Positions 49,611 to 58,677 of a DNA stretch of 64,000 nt are shown here, piece by piece. A program made the translations under genes and the position numbers. Under the pieces are notes generated by a model. That model saw nothing but the letters and a program-made list of their open reading frames with translations. It did no database searches and was not told where the DNA came from. The stretch lies in contig JAZDFD010000028.1 in assembly GCA_043808155.1 (NCBI GenBank), positions 6,697 to 70,696 of the forward strand. The letters run 5' to 3'. The DNA is from Candidatus Iainarchaeum sp. (GTDB taxonomy: Archaea; Iainarchaeota; Iainarchaeia; Iainarchaeales; JAZDFD01). The first letter of the stretch is position 1. Each line of letters opens with the position of its first letter.

Positions 49611-49720
49611 TGATTATGAATTTAGAAGAAAATTATTACCGTGGTTTTGAGCAAAACGAAAAACCACACATAACTCGGAGCACCCGTACGAAATCGGGTA
49701 GTGCAATACTTAAGAAGTGA
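49610..49720 (+). other. Type A palindromic element with 36-codon bridging ORF ending in a duplicate of the rpl19e 3' end
   Basis: GTGGTTTT-GAGCAAAACGA-AAAACCAC hairpin plus core; flanking repeats at 49590-49618 and 49700-49729. Confidence 0.85.
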
Positions 49721-49726
49721 TAAATT

Positions 49727-50314
49727 ATGGCAAACAAAGCAACATACGATGTTCAATTCAAAAGAAGAAGCAATGGTAAAACCAATTACAAAAAAAGACT
49801 GGCATTAGTTAAATCAGGAAAGCCAAGATTAGTTGTAAGGAAAACCAACAGCAGAATAATTGTACAGATTATTGCATATGAGAGACCCGGTGACAAGGTT
49901 ATTGTAAGTGCAACATCAGTACAGCTTAAAAAATATGGCTGGGCAGGAAACAAAAATATACCTTCAGCATATTTAACAGGATTACTTTGCGGAATGCGCG
50001 CAAAAGAAGCAAAAATTAATCAAGCAGTTTTAGATATTGGATTTAGAACACCTGTTCACATGTCAGTTCCATTCGCAGCACTAAAAGGTGCACTGGATGC
50101 AGGGCTTGACATTCCATTTGATGAAACCGCACTTCCAAAAGAAGACAGAATCACAGGAAAACATATTGAAAACTATGCAAATTCATTGGATAGCGAAGAA
50201 ATTAACAAAAAGTTTTCAAAAATGATTAAAAATAATGTAAATCCAAAAGAAATTACAAAAATATTCCAAAATACTAAAGAGAAAATTGTGGGAAACAGTA
50301 ATGTAAAAGAGTGA
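49727..50314 (+). CDS. rpl18: Ribosomal protein uL18
   Basis: GKTNYKKRL, RLVVRKTN, SAYLTG. Confidence 0.96.
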   Translation: MANKATYDVQFKRRSNGKTNYKKRLALVKSGKPRLVVRKTNSRIIVQIIAYERPGDKVIVSATSVQLKKYGWAGNKNIPSAYLTGLLCGMRAKEAKINQAVLDIGFRTPVHMSVPFAALKGALDAGLDIPFDETALPKEDRITGKHIENYANSLDSEEINKKFSKMIKNNVNPKEITKIFQNTKEKIVGNSNVKE

Positions 50315-50318
50315 TGAT

Positions 50319-51011
50319 ATGGCAGTTAGAAGAAGACAAACCGCAGAAGAGAGAGAATCCAAAAGGCTGAAAGATAAAGAGCAGGAACTGATTAAATGGG
50401 TGGCTAAAACAAAATTAGGCAAAATGGTACAGAATGAAGAAATCAAATCATTAGACGAAGTCTTTGCTAAAAATATGAAAATACTTGAACCGGAAATTGT
50501 TGATACACTTTTGAGCCTTGAAGAAGAAATGGTTGACTTTAAGAAAACTTCCAGAGTTGTAAGAGCAGGAAGAAAATTTTCATTCCGTGTTACAATGCTT
50601 GTTGGTGATAAAAACAAGTATGTGGGATACGGAACTGCAAAAGATGTTGAAAGATTCCCTGCAATGAGAAAGGCAGTCAGAAAAGCAAAACTTAATCTTG
50701 TAGAAGTTAAGAAAGGCTGCGGAAGCTGGGAATGCACCTGCGGTGCCGAGCATTCAGTACCTTTTGAAGTTGAAGGGAAATGTGCATCAGTACATGTGCG
50801 ATTAATACCTGCACCAAAAGGAGTTGGATTAGTTGCAGGTGACAATATTAAAAAAGTGCTTGAAATGGCAGGTCTGAAAGATGTATGGACAAAAACATCA
50901 GGCAACACAAGAACAAAATTGAATTTTGTTATTGCTGCAGTTGACGCACTTTCAAAAACAGGGAAAATGAGAATGTCAGATGACATTGCAAAAAAGTTTG
51001 AACACAAGTGA
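50319..51011 (+). CDS. rps5: Ribosomal protein uS5
   Basis: EPEIVD, GCGSWEC, PAPKGVG. Confidence 0.96.
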   Translation: MAVRRRQTAEERESKRLKDKEQELIKWVAKTKLGKMVQNEEIKSLDEVFAKNMKILEPEIVDTLLSLEEEMVDFKKTSRVVRAGRKFSFRVTMLVGDKNKYVGYGTAKDVERFPAMRKAVRKAKLNLVEVKKGCGSWECTCGAEHSVPFEVEGKCASVHVRLIPAPKGVGLVAGDNIKKVLEMAGLKDVWTKTSGNTRTKLNFVIAAVDALSKTGKMRMSDDIAKKFEHK

Positions 51012-51478
51012 TGATTATGTATGTGGTTATAAGAATAAGAGGAAATGTCAGAGTAAGAGATAAATTAGAGGATACTCTTGGAATGCTAAGACTTAACAGA
51101 GTTAATCATGCAGTTCTTGTTCCTGAGGGAAAACAATACAAAAACATGGTGCGAAAAGTTGAGCCATTTATAACATACGGTGAAATCAATGTAGAAATGC
51201 TTGAAAAGATGCTTGCAAAACGCGGTAAAACAGAAACAGGAAAGAAATTAACAAGTGAATTTTTGAAGGAAATTAAATTTGCATCAATGAAGGACTTAGC
51301 AGACGCAGTTATTTCAGGAAAAACTACACTGAAAAAACTCGGAATTAAACCTGTGTTCAGATTACACCCTCCAAAAAAAGGTCACATGAGACAGGGGATA
51401 AAGAAAAATTATAGTTTAGGCGGAGCTGCAGGTTACAGAGCCTCAGATATAAATGTTTTAGTTAAGAAAATGATTTAG
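51008..51478 (+). CDS. rpl30: Ribosomal protein uL30
   Basis: VIRIRG, TYGE, FRLHPP. Confidence 0.95.
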   Translation: MMIMYVVIRIRGNVRVRDKLEDTLGMLRLNRVNHAVLVPEGKQYKNMVRKVEPFITYGEINVEMLEKMLAKRGKTETGKKLTSEFLKEIKFASMKDLADAVISGKTTLKKLGIKPVFRLHPPKKGHMRQGIKKNYSLGGAAGYRASDINVLVKKMI

Positions 51479-51486
51479 GTGTCTTT

Positions 51487-51996
51487 ATGGTTGTAAGAAA
51501 ACGTAGAAAGAAAAATACTCTCAGAGGAAACAGAGTTCACGGAAAAGGTGATACCAAAAACAAGAGAGGTGCAGGTTGCAGAGGCGGCAGAGGACGCGCT
51601 GGTTCACACAAACATAAATTCACAAAATACTGGAAAACATTTGGGAAATTTGGAAAATTGAAAGTTAAGAAAACACTTATTGGAATTAACCTTTCAGATC
51701 TTGTTGAGAAACTTCCAAAACTTGTTTTGACAAAGAAAGTTGAACAGGAAAAAGGAGCATACATTATTGACGGAAAGAAATTGAAATTTGACAAGATTTT
51801 GGGCAGAGGTAAACTCAATGAACAATTAATAGTAAAAAATCTTGAAGTAACTAAAAAGGCTGCAGAGATAATTAAAAAGGCAGGCGGAAAAATAGAGAAA
51901 TTAAAAGAAGAAATAACAGACAAAGACGTTGAAGAACAAGATGAAGAATTAGCAGACGATGACTTTGAAGAAACATCAGACATGGACGAGAAGTGA
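51487..51996 (+). CDS. rpl15: Ribosomal protein uL15 with acidic tail
   Basis: RGAGCRGGRGRAG, KILGRG. Confidence 0.95.
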   Translation: MVVRKRRKKNTLRGNRVHGKGDTKNKRGAGCRGGRGRAGSHKHKFTKYWKTFGKFGKLKVKKTLIGINLSDLVEKLPKLVLTKKVEQEKGAYIIDGKKLKFDKILGRGKLNEQLIVKNLEVTKKAAEIIKKAGGKIEKLKEEITDKDVEEQDEELADDDFEETSDMDEK

Positions 51997-52000
51997 TTTT

Positions 52001-53377
52001 GTGGGAATACTGGATATTTTTGAACCAATTTACAATGCGTTGCCTGAAATAAAGCAGCCTGTGAAGGAAGTTCCACTTAAGAAAAAACTTATCTGGACAG
52101 GTCTTGTTTTACTTTTGTTTTATATAATGGGAAATATTACACTTATTGGTTTAGCAGGTGTGAGAGGAGATGAACTTACAAATCTCCAGATTATTCTTGC
52201 AAGTAATATCGGAACATTAATTACTGCAGGAATCAGCCCTATTGTTTTGTCATCAATTATTTTGCAGTTACTTGTTGGTGGAAAAATCATTGACATTGAT
52301 TTGTCACAGCCAAAAGATAAAGCAAGATTTCAGGGTCTGCAAAAATTATTTGCAGTTGCACTTTGTTTATTTGAAGGTGTGATTTACGTTGCATCAGGTA
52401 TGCTTGAACCATCTGAAGGGATGTTTTTAATTGTGGTTGCGCAGGTTGCACTTGGTTCAATAATTTTACTTTACTTAGATGAATTAGTTTCAAAATACGG
52501 TATTGGTTCAGGAGTTGGATTGTTTATTGCAGGTGGAGTTACAGGCAGCTTCTTGTGGTTGGTTTTGAGACCTCCGCTTATTGCAGGAGATCCTGGCGGG
52601 GCAATTTCACAATTCATTGGAAGTCTTGCAACAGGAGTTAATTTTGTTATTTTAATTCCAATCTTGATTGCAATTGCAATTTTCTTAATAATTGTATTTG
52701 CAGAAGGAATGCATGTGAATATTCCGATAACAATGGGCAGAAAAGGAACTGGCGGAAGATTCCCTGTTAAGCTGCTTTATGTTTCAAATATTCCTGTTAT
52801 TTTAGCAGTTGCATTATTTGCAAATTTCCAGTGGTGGTCATTAATGAGTGCAGAACTTGATCTTCCACTGATTGGTAAAGGAATCGGATGGGTAATGGGT
52901 GGTTTAGCTTATTATACAACAGCACCATATGGTTTGTTCGCAGATATAATTGACAGAGTTGGTGCAGAAGGCATGCAGGGATTGTTCTTCATGTCAGGTG
53001 ATTTATTCCATGCACTCATTTACATGGTTATTTTGATTGCATCATGTATTATTTTCGGTAAATTTTGGGTTGAAATGGGCGGTCAGGGTGCAGAAGCAGT
53101 TTCAAAGCAGTTAAGCGGAAGCGGAATGTACATCCCGGGATTCAGAAGAGACAGCAGAATCATAAGGCAGGTTCTTGACAGATATATTCCACCGATTGTG
53201 ATTATTGGTTCAATATTTGTTGCATTATTAGCAGGCTTCGGAGATATGACACTGAATAATTTGTCATCAGGAACAGGAATTTTGCTGACAGTTGGTATTG
53301 TTTACAGACTTTATGAAGAGCTTGCTAAGGAGCAGCTAATGGAAACAAATCCCTTATTCAAGAGGTTTTTTGGATGA
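52001..53377 (+). CDS. secY: Protein translocase subunit SecY
   Basis: GISPIV, KYGIGSG, YVSNIPVIL, IPGFRR, GTGILL. Confidence 0.96.
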   Translation: MGILDIFEPIYNALPEIKQPVKEVPLKKKLIWTGLVLLLFYIMGNITLIGLAGVRGDELTNLQIILASNIGTLITAGISPIVLSSIILQLLVGGKIIDIDLSQPKDKARFQGLQKLFAVALCLFEGVIYVASGMLEPSEGMFLIVVAQVALGSIILLYLDELVSKYGIGSGVGLFIAGGVTGSFLWLVLRPPLIAGDPGGAISQFIGSLATGVNFVILIPILIAIAIFLIIVFAEGMHVNIPITMGRKGTGGRFPVKLLYVSNIPVILAVALFANFQWWSLMSAELDLPLIGKGIGWVMGGLAYYTTAPYGLFADIIDRVGAEGMQGLFFMSGDLFHALIYMVILIASCIIFGKFWVEMGGQGAEAVSKQLSGSGMYIPGFRRDSRIIRQVLDRYIPPIVIIGSIFVALLAGFGDMTLNNLSSGTGILLTVGIVYRLYEELAKEQLMETNPLFKRFFG

Positions 53378-53547
53378 AATACGTAAGTGATGGGAAAAAC
53401 AGTGCTACCGAAAGACACACAAGCTCGAGGATTGAGCCTCGCGGGCGTTCGGCTATGGACAATATTAATAAAACTATGGTAACCCTAAATAATACGCAAA
53501 TATACCGATTTTTAACCAAATTTGGGATTTTTGGGAGTGTGTTTTAA
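53374..53547 (+). other. Type B palindromic element inside a 57-codon ORF bridging the secY stop and the next start
   Basis: Core CAAGCTCGAGGATTGAGCCTCGCGGGCGTTCGGC at 53420-53453; ATGA overlap at 53374 and TAATG overlap at 53545. Confidence 0.8.
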
Positions 53548-54029
53548 TGGTGTTTTTTGATGTTATGCTAGAGATTGCCTTGGTTGCAATGTGCTTAGCA
53601 GTAGTATCGCAGATAGTAAGGAGAAAGTTTGTTGATCCAAAGAAAATGAAGGAACAGCAAAAAGTTATGAAAGAAAAACAGGCAAAAATTAAGGAGTTAG
53701 TGAGCAAAGAAGACGCGAAATCAAAAGCAGAACTGCAAAGAATCCAGACAGAAATGCTTGAAGTAACAAACGAAATGATGCAGGGTTCAATGAGAATGAT
53801 GATGTTTACATTTCCTGTTTACATTGTTGCATTTTGGGGTCTTGGGTATTTGTATAGTACTGCAGTAATTGATCTTCCGATTCAGATTCCCTGGTTTGGA
53901 GAAAATTGGTCAATAAAATTTTATGAGCAAACAAACTGGATTGGATGGTATGTTTTAATTTCGCTTATAACCGGACTGGCATTAGGATTTATATTTAATG
54001 CATTGGAAAAAATAAAAGGTGAACAATAA
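53547..54029 (+). CDS. DUF106/EMC3-TMCO1 (Oxa1 superfamily) membrane protein
   Basis: TM, coiled coil, TM layout; WIGWYVL; usual position after secY. Confidence 0.88.
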   Translation: MVFFDVMLEIALVAMCLAVVSQIVRRKFVDPKKMKEQQKVMKEKQAKIKELVSKEDAKSKAELQRIQTEMLEVTNEMMQGSMRMMMFTFPVYIVAFWGLGYLYSTAVIDLPIQIPWFGENWSIKFYEQTNWIGWYVLISLITGLALGFIFNALEKIKGEQ

Positions 54030-54367
54030 TGACAAAACCACATGAAATGACAATGAAAAAAAAGTTCACAAGAACAATCAGAGGCAAAGTTAAAATTTCA
54101 TATTGCAGAGAGAAATCTTCAAAACACCACTGTGCAATATGCAGGGGAATATTACACGGAACTGCACACAGCAAAGGTGTTGCAGAAGTTTCTAAATTAA
54201 GTAAAACTCAGAAAAGGCCTTCGGTTATTTTCGGTGGTGTGCTTTGCACAAAATGCAGAAAAGCAGTTATGGAAGATTCAGCAAAAGTAATTTCTGAAGT
54301 TAAGGATATTAATGATGTTAATTTAAAAAGAAAAAAATATGTGGATGTTATAGTTAATAGAAAGTGA
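54029..54367 (+). CDS. rpl34e: Ribosomal protein eL34
   Basis: CAIC...LHG...SKTQKRP...FGGVLCTKC. Confidence 0.92.
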   Translation: MTKPHEMTMKKKFTRTIRGKVKISYCREKSSKHHCAICRGILHGTAHSKGVAEVSKLSKTQKRPSVIFGGVLCTKCRKAVMEDSAKVISEVKDINDVNLKRKKYVDVIVNRK

Positions 54368-54371
54368 TAAT

Positions 54372-54596
54372 ATGGCGGGAATTGAAATAGGAAGAATTTG
54401 TTTGAAAACCCGCGGAAGAGAAGCAGGTAAACAAGCAGTAATTGTAAGTATTGATGAAAAAACAGGATTTGCAATTATTGACGGTACAGACATAAAAAGG
54501 AAACAATGTAATTTAAGACATCTTTTTCCAACAAATAAAAAATTAGATATTAAAAAAGATGCTAAACATGATGAAATTATTAAACTTATGAAGTGA
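54372..54596 (+). CDS. rpl14e: Ribosomal protein eL14
   Basis: IEIGRICLKTRGREAG. Confidence 0.93.
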   Translation: MAGIEIGRICLKTRGREAGKQAVIVSIDEKTGFAIIDGTDIKRKQCNLRHLFPTNKKLDIKKDAKHDEIIKLMK

Positions 54597-54600
54597 TAAC

Positions 54601-55149
54601 ATGGGCGATAAGAAAGGCAAACCAGAGAAACCAACAGGGAAAGAAAAGAAACCTGCAGAAGACAGAAAAGCTGTTGAAGACACAAGAGAAGACATCAGAT
54701 ATATTGTCAGAATTGCAAATAAAGATCTGAACGGCAGATTAAAAATTGCAAGAGCATTAATAGGACTTAAGGGAATTAATCACAGATATGCAAAAATTGT
54801 GACTGAAATTTTCTTAAAAGAAGCAGGACTTAGCAATGATACAAGATTAGGAGATCTTCCTGAAGAGATGGATTCTAAATTGGAGGACATTGTACTTAAT
54901 CCTGTGAAATATAAGTTACCAGAATGGACACTTAACAGGAGAAAAGATTTTGACGACGGAATTACCAAACAGTTGGTAATGAATGAATTAGATTTTGCAA
55001 AAAGAAAAGATTTGCAGAGATTAAGCGGAATCAAATCATACCGTGGACTAAGACATGTTTGGAGACTGCCTGTAAGAGGACAGAAAACAAAATCAACACA
55101 CAGAGGAAAAGGCGGAACAGTCGGAGTTCATAAAAAAGATAGAAAGTAA
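54601..55149 (+). CDS. rps13: Ribosomal protein uS13
   Basis: SYRGLRH...LPVRGQKTK. Confidence 0.96.
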   Translation: MGDKKGKPEKPTGKEKKPAEDRKAVEDTREDIRYIVRIANKDLNGRLKIARALIGLKGINHRYAKIVTEIFLKEAGLSNDTRLGDLPEEMDSKLEDIVLNPVKYKLPEWTLNRRKDFDDGITKQLVMNELDFAKRKDLQRLSGIKSYRGLRHVWRLPVRGQKTKSTHRGKGGTVGVHKKDRK

Positions 55150-55163
55150 AAAGAGTGATTAAC

Positions 55164-55907
55164 ATGGGCGACCCAAAGAAAACACACAAACACTATGATA
55201 CACCAGCAAAACCTTGGGACAAAACCAGGTTGGATGAAGAAAGAATAATTAAAGCTAAGTACGCTCTGAAAAACAAGCGTGAGCTTTGGAAATCTGAAAC
55301 AACTCTCAGACGAAAAAGAAAAAACGCAAGAAATTTACTTGCATTACCTCTTGAAGAAAGATTAAAGAGGGAAAAGGAACTACTTGGAAGTTTAAATAAA
55401 TTAGGACTTTTGAGCAGAGAAGCCGCATTAGATGATATTTTATCATTAAAAAGTGACAGTCTTCTTGAAAGAAGATTACAAACAATAGTCTGGAGAAAAG
55501 GACTGGCAGCTACACCAACGCAGGCACGTCAGTTCATTGTTCATGGACATATTTCAGTGGATGGAAAAAAACTTGACAGGCCCTCATACTTAGTAAAGAA
55601 AGATGAAGAAGGAAAAATTGCATATCACAAAAAAGAATTATTCTTTGATGATAAAAAGAAAGTAAAAACACAGGCAGAAAAGAAAATGGAATTCGGGGAT
55701 GTTGCAAAAAAGATGGAAGAATCACTCCCTAAAACAAAAGAAGGCGTTGAAAAGAAAGAAGCAACTGCAAAAGGCACAGCAACAAAAGAAACTAAAGAAG
55801 GGAAAACAAAGGTAAAAGTAAAAGACGATATTGAAGAAAAGTTAGAATTAGATATTGAAGTTAAGGAAGAAAATGAATCAGATGAAGAAACTGAGGAAGT
55901 GAAATAA
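55164..55907 (+). CDS. rps4: Ribosomal protein uS4 with Lys/Glu-rich tail
   Basis: [21 protein letters not shown]. Confidence 0.96.
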   Translation: MGDPKKTHKHYDTPAKPWDKTRLDEERIIKAKYALKNKRELWKSETTLRRKRKNARNLLALPLEERLKREKELLGSLNKLGLLSREAALDDILSLKSDSLLERRLQTIVWRKGLAATPTQARQFIVHGHISVDGKKLDRPSYLVKKDEEGKIAYHKKELFFDDKKKVKTQAEKKMEFGDVAKKMEESLPKTKEGVEKKEATAKGTATKETKEGKTKVKVKDDIEEKLELDIEVKEENESDEETEEVK

Positions 55908-56287
55908 TGGCTTTCGGAATAATACACATTTATGCATCACACAACAATACAATTATGTTGCTGACAGATGTAACAGGTTCAGAAACAATTGCAAAATGTA
56001 CCGGCGGGCAAGTTGTAAAAGCACAGCACAAAGAAGGAAGTCCTTATGCTGCAATGAAAATTGCAGAAATACTTGCAGAAAAAGCAAGAGAAAAAGGCAT
56101 AACAGAAGTAGATGTTAAAGTGCGTGGTGCTGGAGGAAACAAACCTCAAAGTCCTGGACAGGGTTCGGAAGCTGCAATAAGAAGTCTTACACGAAACGGA
56201 ATCAGAATAAGAAATATTGAAAATGTAACACCATCACCGCATGACGGATGCAGAAAGAAGAAAAGATACAGAGGAAAGAAAAAGTAG
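55907..56287 (+). CDS. rps11: Ribosomal protein uS11
   Basis: IYASHNNT, SPYAAM, VTPSPHDG. Confidence 0.96.
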   Translation: MAFGIIHIYASHNNTIMLLTDVTGSETIAKCTGGQVVKAQHKEGSPYAAMKIAEILAEKAREKGITEVDVKVRGAGGNKPQSPGQGSEAAIRSLTRNGIRIRNIENVTPSPHDGCRKKKRYRGKKK

Positions 56288-56297
56288 GGGAATTTTT

Positions 56298-57041
56298 ATG
56301 AATATAAAAAAGCTTGAAGAAAAAAAAGGAGTAATAAAGTTACTTGTTAAAGGAACAAATGCTGCATTTATGAATAGCATTCGAAGAACAATAATGAAAG
56401 ATGTTCCGACTTTGGCAATTGAGAAAGTTTCGATTTATGATAATTCTTCAGTAGTGTTTGATGAATATCTTGCACACAGACTGGGACTTTTACCAATTAA
56501 AACAGACCTTAAGATGTATAAAAAAGGTGACTCAGTAAAACTTATGCTTGATAAAGAAGGTCCGGGAATTGTTTACAGCAGAGACATAGAATCTACAGAC
56601 CCAGCAATAGAAGTAGTTGCAAAAAAAGTTCCTTTGCTTAAGCTTAACAAAGGACAATCAATAAAACTTGAAATGGACGCAGTAATGGGAACTGGTGAAG
56701 AGCATGTTAAATGGCAGCCTGCAATTGTAAGTTTTTACAATGTCCCAAAAATTGAAAACACAAAAGCTTCAGATTATGCAGACGAAGCAGCAAAAATATG
56801 CCCAAAAAATGTTCTTGAAGTTAAATCAAAAAAAGTTATACTTAAGGATCCGTACAATTGCATATTATGCGGTGAATGCAGAGATGTCTCAAAAGACGAT
56901 ACATTAGTTCTGGATTATGATGATAGTTCATTCATAATGATGATAGAACCAACAGGTTCATTATCCGCAGCAGAAATAATGGATGAAGCAGCAAATATTT
57001 TATTAGAAAAAATAACGGAGTTAAAAAAAGCTGTTAAATAA
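56298..57041 (+). CDS. rpoD: RNA polymerase subunit D (Rpo3)
   Basis: NSIRR, AHRLGLLP, HVKWQP, CP...CILCGEC FeS-like domain. Confidence 0.95.
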   Translation: MNIKKLEEKKGVIKLLVKGTNAAFMNSIRRTIMKDVPTLAIEKVSIYDNSSVVFDEYLAHRLGLLPIKTDLKMYKKGDSVKLMLDKEGPGIVYSRDIESTDPAIEVVAKKVPLLKLNKGQSIKLEMDAVMGTGEEHVKWQPAIVSFYNVPKIENTKASDYADEAAKICPKNVLEVKSKKVILKDPYNCILCGECRDVSKDDTLVLDYDDSSFIMMIEPTGSLSAAEIMDEAANILLEKITELKKAVK

Positions 57042-57044
57042 TAT

Positions 57045-57160
57045 GCAGGAGTACCAAAGTGGTTAAATGGGCGGGACTTAAGATGTTATTATGAAGTCAT
57101 TAAAATCATGGGAAATCCCGTGGCTTAGTGCCTCCGCAGGTTCGAATCCTGCCTCCTGCA
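57045..57160 (+). tRNA. tRNA-Leu (TAA) with a 32-nt intron at position 37/38 (57083-57114)
   Basis: GCAGGAG/CTCCTGC acceptor, CGGGA/TCCCG anticodon stem, long variable arm, TTCGAAT T loop; BHB-like junction (CTTA/TGGG helix, AGA and AAA bulges). Confidence 0.92.
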
Positions 57161-57191
57161 CTAGATGATGAAAATTAATTGGTGACGAACA

Positions 57192-57554
57192 ATGGGACGC
57201 GGAACAACAAAAATAAGCACAAAAATAATAATTGCAGAACTTGAAAAAGCTTCAAGAAAAAGGAAGCAGAAGATTTGGTTAGAGATTGCTAAAATCATTT
57301 CAAAACCAAGAAGAATCAGACCAAGTATAAATTTATGGAGACTTGAAAAATTAGCAAAGAAAAACACAGACAAAATATTTTTAATTCCAGGAAAAGTTCT
57401 GGGTTATGGGAATATTGAAACAAAAGCAGAAGTAGCTGCATTAGAATTTAGTGAAAAAGCAAAAAATGCAATTCAGAAAAATGGAAAAACATATTCATTA
57501 ATGGAACTTTTGGAGAAGGAAGTAAAGCCCTCAAAAATTATGATTGTTAAGTAA
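57192..57554 (+). CDS. rpl18e: Ribosomal protein eL18
   Basis: PRR...INL...PGKVLG. Confidence 0.95.
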   Translation: MGRGTTKISTKIIIAELEKASRKRKQKIWLEIAKIISKPRRIRPSINLWRLEKLAKKNTDKIFLIPGKVLGYGNIETKAEVAALEFSEKAKNAIQKNGKTYSLMELLEKEVKPSKIMIVK

Positions 57555-57563
57555 GGTGTTATT

Positions 57564-57980
57564 ATGGAAATCGACGCAACTAATCTTGTAATAGGACGAC
57601 TTTCAACAGTTGTTGCACAAAAAGCGCTGGCAGGCGAATCAGTTACAATAGTTAATGCTGAAAAAGCAGTTATTACTGGTACGCAACAGGCAGCACTTGA
57701 AAGATACAAAAGAAGAGACAGTATGACTGCAAAAGGAAATCCTCACAAAGGTCCGAAATTCAGCAGAATGCCTGACAGAATTTTAAGATATGCAATCAAA
57801 GGAATGCTTCCAATGAGAAGCAGCAGAGGGCGAATTGCATTAAGAAAAACAAGAGTTTACATTGGAATTCCTAAAGAACTTAAAGGTAAAAAATTCGAAA
57901 CAATTGAAAATGCGAAAAACAAAAGTAGAAACTATCAATCTTTAGAAGATATTTCAAAAGCAATGGGTGCAAAATGGTAA
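57564..57980 (+). CDS. rpl13: Ribosomal protein uL13
   Basis: IDA...GRL, VNAEKAVITG, GMLP. Confidence 0.95.
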   Translation: MEIDATNLVIGRLSTVVAQKALAGESVTIVNAEKAVITGTQQAALERYKRRDSMTAKGNPHKGPKFSRMPDRILRYAIKGMLPMRSSRGRIALRKTRVYIGIPKELKGKKFETIENAKNKSRNYQSLEDISKAMGAKW

Positions 57981-58462
57981 AAATGGTAAATGAAATGGCT
58001 GATGAACAAATAGACAATATGAAAACAGCTCCGTTTAAGAGAAAAAAAAGAAAAATCAAGAAACGCGGAGTTATTGACACAAAAGCAAAAAAGAAAGAAG
58101 CAGTTGCAAGAGCTGTTGTGACTAAAGGCACAGGAAAAATAAAAATTAATAAAAGAGCTCTCAGTTTGGTTACACCCTATTATGTTAATGAATTAATATC
58201 TGAACCCGTTACTCTCGCAGGAGATGCCATGAATGATATTGACATCTCAATTAATGTCAAAGGCGGAGGATTTATGGGGCAGGCAGTTGCTACAAGAAGT
58301 GCTATTGCAAAGGCACTTGTTGAGCACACTAAAGACAAGAAACTCAGAGAAAAATTTATGAAATATGACAGACATCTTCTTGTAGATGACTCAAGAAGAA
58401 CAGAACCAAAGAAACCATTAGGTAAAAAGGCAAGAAAGAAAAAACAGAGCAGTAAAAGATAA
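57974..58462 (+). CDS. rps9: Ribosomal protein uS9
   Basis: [25 protein letters not shown]. Confidence 0.95.
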   Translation: MVKMVNEMADEQIDNMKTAPFKRKKRKIKKRGVIDTKAKKKEAVARAVVTKGTGKIKINKRALSLVTPYYVNELISEPVTLAGDAMNDIDISINVKGGGFMGQAVATRSAIAKALVEHTKDKKLREKFMKYDRHLLVDDSRRTEPKKPLGKKARKKKQSSKR

Positions 58463-58472
58463 GGTGATTGTT

Positions 58473-58667
58473 GTGATTGTACCAGTAAGATGTTTTAGTT
58501 GTGGTAAAGTTCTGAGCGATGCCTACGAGGAGTTCAGTAAAAGAGTTGAAGCAGGAGAAACTCCAAAAAAGGTTCTTGATGAACTGGGAATTGAAAGATA
58601 CTGCTGCAGACGAATATTATTTTCACATGCAGAACTCATAGACGACATAATGAAATATAATGTATAA
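58473..58667 (+). CDS. rpoN: RNA polymerase subunit N (Rpo10)
   Basis: PVRCFSCGK...RYCCRR. Confidence 0.96.
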   Translation: MIVPVRCFSCGKVLSDAYEEFSKRVEAGETPKKVLDELGIERYCCRRILFSHAELIDDIMKYNV

Positions 58668-58677
58668 AGGCGATAAC

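Noticed and set aside
43544-52076. Long antisense ORFs (e.g. 43544-44092, 46707-47354, 50216-51007, 51537-52076)
   Set aside because: Phe/Ser/Leu-rich shadows of Lys/Glu-rich sense genes.
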